Positions 9,380 through 17,561 of a stretch of DNA of 64,000 bases are shown piece after piece. This stretch comes from Gemmatimonadota bacterium. GTDB lineage: Bacteria; Gemmatimonadota; Gemmatimonadetes; Palauibacterales; Palauibacteraceae. The translations under genes were made by a program, and so were the position numbers. Location of the stretch: positions 2,027-66,026 of the forward strand of contig JAJEEM010000044.1 in NCBI GenBank assembly GCA_022820995.1. The letters are read 5' to 3'. Within the stretch, counting starts at the first letter, position 1; each line of letters starts with the position of its first letter. Under the pieces are notes generated by a model, which was given only the letters and a program-made list of their open reading frames with translations, was not told the DNA's origin and did not search any database.

Positions 9380-10465
9380 TCAGCCCGGATCGGGCACCAC
9401 GACGACGCTCGTCATGTCCGCGTCCAGCGTGACGGTGCGCAGGAACTCGAACGTCTCCTCGTCGTAGATGTCGATCGTGCTCCCGGCATTGTAGATATAG
9501 AGCTTCGTGCCGTCGGCGCTCGGCATCAACGCCATCCGCGGCCGCCCCGCGAAGGTGACGCGCCCGGCGACCCGCCGGTCCCGAAGATCGAACTTCCACA
9601 TTTCGTAATGCCCGATCTCGGACTTGAGTCCGTATCCCTTCGTCCCGTCCGGAGAGAGCGCGAACGACACCCCCTCATCGGGGCCGATGGGGTGGAACTC
9701 CACGTCCTGCCCGGCGAGGTCGACGGTCGCGATGCCCATGAGACGGCGGTTCTGGAGCGGATCCGTCATGCGGAAGAGGCCCGTGTATACGCCGTCCTCC
9801 TCCTGATAGGGACTCTGGCCGAAGGGAAGCCTCATCTGCCCCAGGCCGGGCTCGAACGGCTCGGAGATCTCCCAGCGGTCGACCTCCTCGTACGTCTCGG
9901 AATCGATCACGATGAGATCCTCCGCAAACATGTAGAGGAGGTCGCCGTCGGGGGAAAAGCGGAAGTTGGCGCCCCGGCGCAGCGTCTCGCCGGGCCACGG
10001 GATCGTGTCCGTGACCTCGTACGTCGTGAGGTCGTAGCGGAGGATGGTCGGCTCGTCGATCCGGTACCGGTCCGCAAGCTTCGTGCGGCTCTGCACGTTC
10101 ATCGCCATCCATTCCTGGCTCGGATGGACCTGAAAGGAACGGATCCACGTCCGGGTGGCGCCCTCGCTCAACGTGAACTCGCCGATGGACTCCTTGGAGG
10201 GGAGCGAGATGATCTCGATCGTCTCGAAGAACGGATCCATCACGTAAAGCCGCGACCGGTCCTCGGAAACTTCGAGACGAAGGGAGATCGGACGCTTGAC
10301 CGGGATCCGGTCCACGACTTCCTCGGTGGCCTCGTCCCAGACGAGGACTTCATTGCTGTAGTTGCCCATGTACCAGTGGGCGTTCCGGCCGTTCCCCTGC
10401 GCCTCCAGCGTCCGCGCCCCACCGAGGGCGCAGGCGAAGGCGACCACTGCGACGATGCACCGCAT
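9380..10465 (-). CDS. qhpB: Beta-propeller protein, QHNDH beta subunit-like
   Basis: 361 aa with a signal peptide and repeated SPDG/ADGTKLY blade motifs. The real start is internal to a 757-aa ORF whose N-terminal extension is R/G/P junk. It begins 8 nt after the qhpC stop. Confidence 0.7.
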   Translation of the reverse strand: MRCIVAVVAFACALGGARTLEAQGNGRNAHWYMGNYSNEVLVWDEATEEVVDRIPVKRPISLRLEVSEDRSRLYVMDPFFETIEIISLPSKESIGEFTLSEGATRTWIRSFQVHPSQEWMAMNVQSRTKLADRYRIDEPTILRYDLTTYEVTDTIPWPGETLRRGANFRFSPDGDLLYMFAEDLIVIDSETYEEVDRWEISEPFEPGLGQMRLPFGQSPYQEEDGVYTGLFRMTDPLQNRRLMGIATVDLAGQDVEFHPIGPDEGVSFALSPDGTKGYGLKSEIGHYEMWKFDLRDRRVAGRVTFAGRPRMALMPSADGTKLYIYNAGSTIDIYDEETFEFLRTVTLDADMTSVVVVPDPG

Positions 10466-10473
10466 CCGCGGGA

Positions 10474-10806
10474 TCACGGGAAGACGAGGTCCAGCTTCCG
10501 CCAGTCCTTCTGCGCCGATGCGCACTGGGACGTCCAGTCCGGCGAGTGGTTGAGCTGGTCGGGCACGTGCGCCGGCCAGAAGCAGGCGAGGTGGCAGTCG
10601 AACAGGTCGCGCTCCACCGGCTGGCACAGGCCCGCGGTCCCGCCGCTCGAGTCGACCTCCCAGCCGGGCGCGAAGACGAGCGAGCACCCGAGCGGGATGT
10701 GGGGCCCCTCCGGCCGGCTCTCGAGCCCCACGACGTCCATCTCCTCGCGGGCCACCTGCGCCTCGATGCGGCCGGCCTTCTGGTTGATCGGTTTCAGCTG
10801 TTTCAC
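10474..10806 (-). CDS. qhpC: QHNDH gamma subunit precursor (Cys-rich peptide carrying CTQ and thioether cross-links)
   Basis: 110 aa, GTG start after the SD GAGGGGGAA. The Cys/Glu/Asp/Trp register is C41-E50, C61-D67, C71, C75-W77 and C75-D83. This matches the Paracoccus gamma subunit spacing (Cys7-Glu16, Cys27-Asp33, Cys37-Trp43 CTQ, Cys41-Asp49). It ends ...DWRKLDLVFP. Confidence 0.8.
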   Translation of the reverse strand: MKQLKPINQKAGRIEAQVAREEMDVVGLESRPEGPHIPLGCSLVFAPGWEVDSSGGTAGLCQPVERDLFDCHLACFWPAHVPDQLNHSPDWTSQCASAQKDWRKLDLVFP

Positions 10807-10854
10807 GGCTTCCCCCTCGCATGCGAAGGGCGACCGGGCCCGCGCCCGGCCGCG

Positions 10855-12294
10855 TCAATGGTCGAAGCGGGACAGGTACTCCGGGTTCCGCTCCGACAAC
10901 TCCCCGTAGATCTCCAGACACGTATGCGTCCACGTCCGCACCCAGGTGCAGAAGTGCAGGTTGGGCGCGGTCGTCTCGCCGTGTCGCGTGTGCGCTTCGT
11001 GATAGCAGCCGCCCGAGCAGATCGGGCGGGCCCAGCATGTATGGCAGTCCGTCTTGTTCTTGACGTGGTGGCTCTCGAGGAAATCCTTCTGCCGCTCCCG
11101 GTCGATGCCCTCCGCGACGCTGCCGAAGCTGTGGTCGTTCGAGTACGCGAAGCGGTGGCAGAGCGACACGTCGCCCCCCGTCGTCACACCCATCAGCCCG
11201 AGCCCGGCCCCGCACGGATAGGCCTTGCTCACGCCCTTGTGGATCTCCTCCAGCGTGTCCTTCACGTTCGAGAAGCCGTGGTGCCGGTTCTCGACCGCGT
11301 GATCCAGCCAGTCGCGCGCCAACTCCCCGAACTGGCGCAGCATGCGGTCGTACCCCTCGTCCTCGATCTCGTAGTCGCGCCCGGAGGAGGTCGTGACCGG
11401 GGCGAAGCCCACCTCCCAGAACCCCATCTCCTCCGTCAGGTGCTCGTAGATCCGGTGGATGTCGAGGTTTTCGCGGGTGAGCGTCACGCGCGCGCCGATC
11501 GGGCGGGACTTGTGACGCCTGAGAAGTTCCCTGATCCGCGGCTTGACGGTCTCGTAGGAGCCCTTGCCGCTGTGGAAGACCCGCATGCGGTCCTGCATCT
11601 CCTTCGGTCCGTCGATGGAGACGGTCACGCCGATCTCGTTGTCCGCCAGCCACTCGATGATGTCGGGGCGGAGGAGCGTCGCGTTCGTCGTGAGACTGAA
11701 CTCGATCCGCTTCCCCTCCTCCTCGGCGCGCTTGCGGGCGTAGGCCACCGTGTCCTGGAGGACGGGGAAGTTGAGCAGCGTCTCACCGCCGAAGAAGGTG
11801 AGGTGCGCGACCTCGAGGGGGCCCGACTCCTTCAGGAGGAACTCGACGCTCTCCCGGGCCGTCTCGTCCCCCATGAACTTCGGGTCGTCCGTGCATGTCG
11901 TGTCGACGATCTTGTCCTCGCCGTACTCGTAGCAGTACGTGCACGCGAGATTGCACTTGTTCGTGACGTTGAGGACCATCGTCGTGAGCGGGAAGCCGTC
12001 CGGCGGCAGATCGTTCACGACCTGTTCGGCGGGAGCCCCCGCCTCCCCGATGGCTCGGATCTGCTGGAGCTCCAGCAACCCGTCGTGGACGCGGTCGACG
12101 GGGTAGCGGTCGGAAAGAGAGTTCACGACCTCGCCCGGCGCGCGGGGACCGTAGCTCAGCAGATCGAGGATCGCCGACGACGCTGCATCGATGCGGAAGA
12201 TGCCGGCCGAGGGGACGAGGTAGAGGAACCGCTCGCCTGCCGCCTCGAATGCATGGAATTCACGCAGCGCCAGTTGGCCGACGGGCTTGATCAC
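10855..12294 (-). CDS. qhpD: Radical SAM / SPASM-domain maturase (QhpD-like thioether-forming enzyme)
   Basis: About 479 aa with CNLACTYC (CxxxCxxC) and a C-terminal Cys-rich SPASM region (CGAGLG...CHRF, CHTCWARPICSGGCYHEA). The GTG start overlaps the qhpA stop (GTGA). Confidence 0.85.
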   Translation of the reverse strand: MIKPVGQLALREFHAFEAAGERFLYLVPSAGIFRIDAASSAILDLLSYGPRAPGEVVNSLSDRYPVDRVHDGLLELQQIRAIGEAGAPAEQVVNDLPPDGFPLTTMVLNVTNKCNLACTYCYEYGEDKIVDTTCTDDPKFMGDETARESVEFLLKESGPLEVAHLTFFGGETLLNFPVLQDTVAYARKRAEEEGKRIEFSLTTNATLLRPDIIEWLADNEIGVTVSIDGPKEMQDRMRVFHSGKGSYETVKPRIRELLRRHKSRPIGARVTLTRENLDIHRIYEHLTEEMGFWEVGFAPVTTSSGRDYEIEDEGYDRMLRQFGELARDWLDHAVENRHHGFSNVKDTLEEIHKGVSKAYPCGAGLGLMGVTTGGDVSLCHRFAYSNDHSFGSVAEGIDRERQKDFLESHHVKNKTDCHTCWARPICSGGCYHEAHTRHGETTAPNLHFCTWVRTWTHTCLEIYGELSERNPEYLSRFDH

Positions 12295-14063
12295 GGAACC
12301 AGCCTCCCCGTGGGAACCCCCTGCCAGGGGTCGAACTTGAGGTAGAGCGGCACCGTCACGATGAGGTGCGCCCGCGCGCGGAGACTCCGGGAAGCACCCG
12401 CATCGGCGTCGGAGCCCGCATAGGTCGCGACGATCCACACGTCGCCGACGTTGTTCCGGCTGCCCGTGCGGTCGGTATTCGGGCCATCGATCGCGGGGGT
12501 GAAGACGCCGTCGGACCCGAGCGCCCCGACGTATTGGATGTCGTCGTCGTCGAAGGTCGCCGCGTACTCCTCCATGCTCCAGGTCACCGGCACGCGCCCG
12601 AGCCGGAGATCGTCCTCCGTGTTCGGTTCTCCGTCGGGGCCGTCGTCCCACCCGATCGCGTCGTAGGGCTGATATCCCTTGGGAAAGGCCCCGCCGCCGA
12701 TCCGGGCCATGCCCGCGCGCGGCGTCACCTCGAGGCGGTCCACGCCATCGTGCACCTGAATCGCGCCCCGAAGGCTCGCGCCGGCGAGGAAGAGGTCGCG
12801 CTCCCCGACCGGTGCGTCATCGTCGACGGAAAGGCGGATCGTAATCCGGTCCCCATCGCCGCCCGTGGCGGACTCGACGCGGACACCGCGACCGAAGTCG
12901 AAGTCCGCCGGGTCGGGGTTCGCCGGCAGGTTCGCGCCGTGGACCCGGAGTTCGGCGGACGACGCGACGCGGATCGCCCGCGGGTGGACGCCCGATACGA
13001 CGGGGCCGCCGCTCACGCGGGTCAGCTTCACGTCGGGGCCGAACTCGTCGTACGCGCCCCTGAACCAACGGCCGGTCATCTCCTGCCAGTCGCGGTCGAC
13101 GGTCATGACCTCGCGCAACTCGTCCTGACCGCCCGGATTCGAACGCCCGCGCCACTGGTAGCCGGTATAGACGATGGACTGCCCGCTCCGGCTCTCCTGC
13201 TCCCCCGACTCCGCGTATGCGTACGTGATCGCGGTCCGGAATTCATCCGGGGCGTCGCCGGCGGTGATCTCCACCGTTCCGAAGACCTGCCCCTTCCCGG
13301 GCTCGAACCCGGCCAGCGCCCATGTGCCGGCGAGACGCGGCGTCCGCATCGAGGCCGACCAGGCGGACCACTCCGGCGTCTCGAGCGGGAAGGCTTCGGA
13401 GAGGTGGTCGATCGCCTCGTCCACGGGCTGGGGACCATCGCCCCCGCCCTGGAAGGCCTGGAAGTCGACGAGCGGGTAGAGACCGCGGTGCGTCGCCATG
13501 AGGAGTTCCCACTCCTCGCGCGTGCGTCGCTGGGTGATGACGCGGCCCATGCTGTGGCACTGGATGCAGGTGTTCTCGACGTCGCGGTCCGCCTCGTAAA
13601 CGTGCTCGATGAGGCGTCGCTCGACCTCGAAGCGGCCGGGCTCGAGTTCCTCCGGAGCGAGCCCCTGCCGGTTGGAGAGATAGCGCACGACCTCGCGCGC
13701 CTCATCGGGACCGAGGGAGACGTCGTTGAGCGCGACCATCCGGCGGACCGACGTCTGCCACCCTTCCGGCGTCTTCCGCTCGTAGGAGATCCGCGTCATC
13801 CGCCCCTCGTCATCGCGCTCGTGACAGCGCTGACAGCGGACGATGATGACCTGGCTGTCGATCGGATAACCCTCGTCGTCGGCCTGCCCCGGGGCTCCCG
13901 CGGTGCCGGCGAACCGAGCCGAAGCGAGGTCGACGGCCGGAGTCGAGGGCATGTCCGGGACCGGAGGCAGAGCGCGCGCGCCGAGGAAAACCAGCGCGCC
14001 GACGGCCATTGCGGCCGCCGGCAGTCGGTCAAGTGCCCGTCGCGTAGTCGCTTTGCGTCTCAT
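12291..14063 (-). CDS. qhpA: Diheme cytochrome c, QHNDH alpha subunit-like
   Basis: About 590 aa. The ATG at 14063 follows a GGAGGA SD. It has a signal peptide and two CxxCH heme motifs (CQRCH, CIQCH) followed by a large beta-rich C-terminal region. Confidence 0.8.
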   Translation of the reverse strand: MRRKATTRRALDRLPAAAMAVGALVFLGARALPPVPDMPSTPAVDLASARFAGTAGAPGQADDEGYPIDSQVIIVRCQRCHERDDEGRMTRISYERKTPEGWQTSVRRMVALNDVSLGPDEAREVVRYLSNRQGLAPEELEPGRFEVERRLIEHVYEADRDVENTCIQCHSMGRVITQRRTREEWELLMATHRGLYPLVDFQAFQGGGDGPQPVDEAIDHLSEAFPLETPEWSAWSASMRTPRLAGTWALAGFEPGKGQVFGTVEITAGDAPDEFRTAITYAYAESGEQESRSGQSIVYTGYQWRGRSNPGGQDELREVMTVDRDWQEMTGRWFRGAYDEFGPDVKLTRVSGGPVVSGVHPRAIRVASSAELRVHGANLPANPDPADFDFGRGVRVESATGGDGDRITIRLSVDDDAPVGERDLFLAGASLRGAIQVHDGVDRLEVTPRAGMARIGGGAFPKGYQPYDAIGWDDGPDGEPNTEDDLRLGRVPVTWSMEEYAATFDDDDIQYVGALGSDGVFTPAIDGPNTDRTGSRNNVGDVWIVATYAGSDADAGASRSLRARAHLIVTVPLYLKFDPWQGVPTGRLVP

Positions 14064-14166
14064 CCATCCTCCGTTCCGAACCGGTGAATTGTGCGCGAAA
14101 CGGAGCGGATGCGCCACCCCGAACGGGGCCTTCTCCACGCCTCGCGCCCACGCGCCCGCCCATCCG

Positions 14167-15708
14167 TCACGGGTCGGTCAGCTCGAGGAAGCCCGCGCCC
14201 ACCGCGAACGAGAGGGCGGCCAGGAAGTCCGGGAGCGGCACCGCCGTCCCGCGCCGGTTGTACGCCTCGAACAGGTCGGGCACCTGATCGGAGTCCGGCG
14301 CGATCTCCGTGAGCCGGCGGAGGTCGACGTTGCGTACGTAGCGCGCGCCGTCCGGGAGTCGGTCGGAGATAAGGCGCGCCTCGAGGGCGATCCGGTCCTC
14401 GACGACGGCGGGCCGTCGCACGCTCGAGAGTCGCGCCGCCGGGCGCAGGTGCACGGCCGGCAGCGAACGGATCGTCTCCCACGCCGTCCGCACTTCCGGG
14501 CGCCCCAGGAAGGCGTCGACCCGGCGTTCCGCGAGCGGGCGGTCTCCGGGTTCCGACACCGCGGGCGCTCCGGGCGCGGAGGCGGGCCCCGGGAGGTCCG
14601 CGCCCGCTTCCCGCGCCGCAGCCAGGCGAACCTCCCAGAACGCGTGGTCGTTCGCGGCGGCGGCCTGCTCGAAAAAGGGGACGGAGAGCACCCGGTAGGT
14701 CCGGTACACATCGCGTTCCCGGTCGTCGTACAACTCGCAGGCCGGCCCGACCATCGTCTCATCGTCCAGCGCCGTGTGAGTGACGATCGCGGCGAGCCAG
14801 GCGGAGGCGAGCGCCTTCTTGACCCCGTACGAGGAGAGGGGGTCGATGAAGGAGCCGGCGTCGCCGACGAGGAGCAGGCCCGGCCGGCCGTGCGAGGCTG
14901 CGCCGTAGAGCGACGCGGGGCAGGCGCGCACCGGCCCGTCCAGCCGTCCGTCGGCGAGGCGCTCGGCGAGCCGCGCCGCCTTGGCGAGTTCGGCGCGCCA
15001 CATGCCGTCGAGGCCCTTCTCGCGCGCCAGGTGCGTGCGGCGCGGGTCGACCATCGCCGTAACGCAGCGGGTACGCGGCGATGTCGGCACCGACCAGGCC
15101 CACCCGTCCGCGTAGCTCTCGATGAGCGTACAGCCGGGGTCCGGCGGAGCGTGCCCGCGGCCCGCGGTCCAGCGGCCGACGAGCGCGAGCGTGGCGATCC
15201 CGCGTTCGCGCGCCCGCAGCCCGCGCCGGGCGAACACCCCGGCCCGCCCGGAGGCGTCGAGCACCCAGCGACCCCGGTAGCGCGCGGTCGAGGTGGCGAC
15301 GCGCCAGCCATCGGGCTCCTCGGCCGTCTCGATGACCGGTCCGTCCGTCACGAGGCGCACGCCCGCCTTGCGGGCCACTCCGTGGAAGACGGCTTCAAGC
15401 GCCGCCCGATCCGCATGGAAACCATGCTCGGGCGCCCCGAACCGTTCTTCACGGCGGGGCATCCCGGCCCACCAGACGGTGTTGCCCTCGTTCGGCACGA
15501 GGCCCGCCGCGTCCAGGGCTTCCAGCGCTCCCACGCGTTCGAGGAGCTTCCGCGCCGAGCCGGGGATCGACTCGGCGAGCCATTTCGCCGGCGGCGCCGG
15601 CCGCGTGATCAGCGCTACGTCATGCCCGCGCCGCGCCAGCGACGCGGCGGCGGCGCAGCCGGCCGGCCCCCCGCCGACAACAACGACGTCGTACGGCGTA
15701 CCTGTCAG
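14167..15708 (-). CDS. qhpG: FAD-dependent monooxygenase (QhpG-like, tryptophan-halogenase/hydroxylase fold)
   Basis: The GGGPAG dinucleotide-binding motif (YDVVVVGGGPAG) lies upstream of the first in-frame GTG (15534). There is no ATG/GTG/TTG between the upstream in-frame TAA (15715-15717) and that motif. A CTG at 15708 gives a canonical Rossmann N-terminus. Confidence 0.65.
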   Translation of the reverse strand: MTGTPYDVVVVGGGPAGCAAAASLARRGHDVALITRPAPPAKWLAESIPGSARKLLERVGALEALDAAGLVPNEGNTVWWAGMPRREERFGAPEHGFHADRAALEAVFHGVARKAGVRLVTDGPVIETAEEPDGWRVATSTARYRGRWVLDASGRAGVFARRGLRARERGIATLALVGRWTAGRGHAPPDPGCTLIESYADGWAWSVPTSPRTRCVTAMVDPRRTHLAREKGLDGMWRAELAKAARLAERLADGRLDGPVRACPASLYGAASHGRPGLLLVGDAGSFIDPLSSYGVKKALASAWLAAIVTHTALDDETMVGPACELYDDRERDVYRTYRVLSVPFFEQAAAANDHAFWEVRLAAAREAGADLPGPASAPGAPAVSEPGDRPLAERRVDAFLGRPEVRTAWETIRSLPAVHLRPAARLSSVRRPAVVEDRIALEARLISDRLPDGARYVRNVDLRRLTEIAPDSDQVPDLFEAYNRRGTAVPLPDFLAALSFAVGAGFLELTDP

Positions 15709-15714
15709 GTCGGC

Positions 15715-16398
15715 TTACCGCTCCCGCCGCGAGAACTGCAGCAGCAGGTCGCCGCCGCTCGGCCCATCCGTCGCGAAGCAGTAGAAGCGCCCGTCACCCC
15801 CCGTCCCGCGCAGATTCTCGAGGCTGCAGCCCCGCGACCCGTGGGCCTCGTTCCACGAGGTCGGGTTCTGTCCGCCACCCACGCGGTCGTGGTGCCCGAC
15901 GAGCGCGCTCCCCTCACCGCTCGACGTCCAGTTGCCGCACGTCGTGTCCCCGTCGGCGTCCGACGCCATGCCGTTCATCAGGGACCCGGTGAGGATGTCG
16001 TGCTGGTTCGGCTGGTCGCCCCGCCCGTTCACCTCGCTGCCGGTCTCCGTGAGGATCGTGGCCTTCGTGAGGTTCGGGCCGTTGCTGTGCAGGTGCTCGA
16101 CATCCCGGGCGATCATCGTGCCCGCGTGGTTGTACCACGGCCCGTCTCCGATGCGGTCGCGCGCGTTCACGCCGCCCGCGCCCGTCGTGCTCAGGTAGGC
16201 CCGCCACATGCGGTCGGGCAGCCCCGCCGCCTCGGCCAGCGCCTCGCAGTAGGCGTCCGCGCCCTCGAGACCGCCGAGATCCGCGCCGTCCCCCGGATTC
16301 GAACTGGTGATGAAGAAGCTGATGTTCTCGTCCTGCGCTGCCGCCCCGCCCGCGCCGAATGCGAACAGGATGGCCATGAAGCCAATCGTGCGTCTCAT
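15715..16398 (-). CDS. Secreted hypothetical protein with a Cys-containing lectin-like C-terminal region
   Basis: 227 aa with a signal peptide and the C-terminal stretch ...CGNWTSS...SWNEAHGSRGC...GRFYCFA. Its stop lies directly before qhpG and in the same frame. Confidence 0.45.
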   Translation of the reverse strand: MRRTIGFMAILFAFGAGGAAAQDENISFFITSSNPGDGADLGGLEGADAYCEALAEAAGLPDRMWRAYLSTTGAGGVNARDRIGDGPWYNHAGTMIARDVEHLHSNGPNLTKATILTETGSEVNGRGDQPNQHDILTGSLMNGMASDADGDTTCGNWTSSGEGSALVGHHDRVGGGQNPTSWNEAHGSRGCSLENLRGTGGDGRFYCFATDGPSGGDLLLQFSRRER

Positions 16399-16431
16399 CT
16401 CCGACTCCCGTGCTGGTTGTTGCGAAATCTG

Positions 16432-17457
16432 CTAACGCCGGATGTACTTTCTCATCTGACGGGGTCCGACCTCGGCCCCGTAGAGGTTGCCGTGCGCGTC
16501 GACGGCGATTCCCTCCGCGCCGCTCGTGCCGGAGGCGTCCTGATTGGGTTCCGGATCCGGGATGAAGGCCGTCACCCAGCCGGTCGCCGCGTCGCCGATG
16601 TAGATGCCGCGGAGCCACCCCTTGTTGCGGCGCGCGTTCGACTCCGAGTCCGTCGAGTAGAGGACATCGCCCTCGTCGATGAACAGTCCGCTCGGACGTC
16701 CGAACTGGTGCCAGGTTTCGAGGTGGTTCCCCTCCTGATCGAAGATCTGGACGCGGCTGTTCCCGCGATCGCCGACGAAGAGACGTCCCTGCGAGTCCAT
16801 CGCGAGCGCGTGCGGGTCGCGGAACTCGCCGTTCGCCGTGCCCATGCGTCCCCATTCCATGAGGAAGGAGCCATCGGGCGCGAACTTCACGATGCGGTTG
16901 TTGCCGCCCGCGTCGTGCCCGTCCGCCACGAAGATGCTGCCGTCGGGCGCGACGAGGATGTCCGACGGCTTGTTGAAGTGGTTCGGGCCGTCGCCGGCGA
17001 CGCCTTTCTCGCCCAGCGTCATCAGGACCTCACCCTCAGGGCTGAACTTGTAGACCACGTGTCCCCAGCCCTCCGGCACCGGCGCGTATCCCACGGCATC
17101 GGCCACCCATACGCTGCCGTCCTCCTCGACGAACATCCCGTGCGGCCACGCGATCAGTCCCGAACCGAAACTCCGCACGAGGTTCCCCTCGGTATCGAAG
17201 AGCAGGATCGGGTCGACGTCGCTCTCGACGCACAGGTTCGCGCCGCACCGCTCGCCCACCCAGATGTGTTCGCCGTCCGGGGCCGGGTAGACGGCGCTGG
17301 TCGCGCCCCACGCGCGTCCGTCGGGAAGCTGGCCCCAGCCGTCCATCGCCCTGTACGGGTTCGGCGCCGTCAACTGCGCCGCGAGCGCGCCGGCGCCCGA
17401 AATGGCCGCCGCAAGCGCGAGTGTCGCGATGAATCCGATTCGCCTTGTGCCTTGCAT
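16432..17457 (-). CDS. Secreted NHL-repeat beta-propeller protein (PAL-like)
   Basis: 341 aa with a signal peptide and repeated NHL-like blades (FVADGHDAGGNNRIVKF, FVGDRGNSRVQIFD). The real start is internal to a 685-aa ORF. Confidence 0.65.
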   Translation of the reverse strand: MQGTRRIGFIATLALAAAISGAGALAAQLTAPNPYRAMDGWGQLPDGRAWGATSAVYPAPDGEHIWVGERCGANLCVESDVDPILLFDTEGNLVRSFGSGLIAWPHGMFVEEDGSVWVADAVGYAPVPEGWGHVVYKFSPEGEVLMTLGEKGVAGDGPNHFNKPSDILVAPDGSIFVADGHDAGGNNRIVKFAPDGSFLMEWGRMGTANGEFRDPHALAMDSQGRLFVGDRGNSRVQIFDQEGNHLETWHQFGRPSGLFIDEGDVLYSTDSESNARRNKGWLRGIYIGDAATGWVTAFIPDPEPNQDASGTSGAEGIAVDAHGNLYGAEVGPRQMRKYIRR

Positions 17458-17561
17458 CCGTCCTCCTGTCCTTCCGATCCGCGCCATCCGTGTCGGGCCG
17501 AAGACGATGGGACGCCAACGGCAAAGCGGGCAAGCGGCGCAGCGGGGCGGGGTGCGGCGGA

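Noticed and set aside
7736-10909. 1057-aa plus-strand ORF antisense to qhpF/qhpB/qhpC
   Set aside because: This is a typical high-GC antisense ORF with R/P/E/D-rich composition and no motifs, and it is entirely antisense to motif-rich genes.
9380-11653. N-terminal 396-aa extension of the ORF containing qhpB
   Set aside because: The extension overlaps qhpC and qhpD in other frames and is R/G-rich. The true start is the ATG at 10465, which is followed by a signal peptide.
15715-16398. Possibility that the secreted lectin-like ORF and qhpG are one fused gene split by a sequencing-error stop
   Set aside because: This is kept only as an alternative. A secreted N-terminal domain fused to a cytoplasmic flavoprotein is implausible, and a CTG start gives a canonical Rossmann N-terminus. 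The same-frame arrangement is nevertheless noted in the findings.
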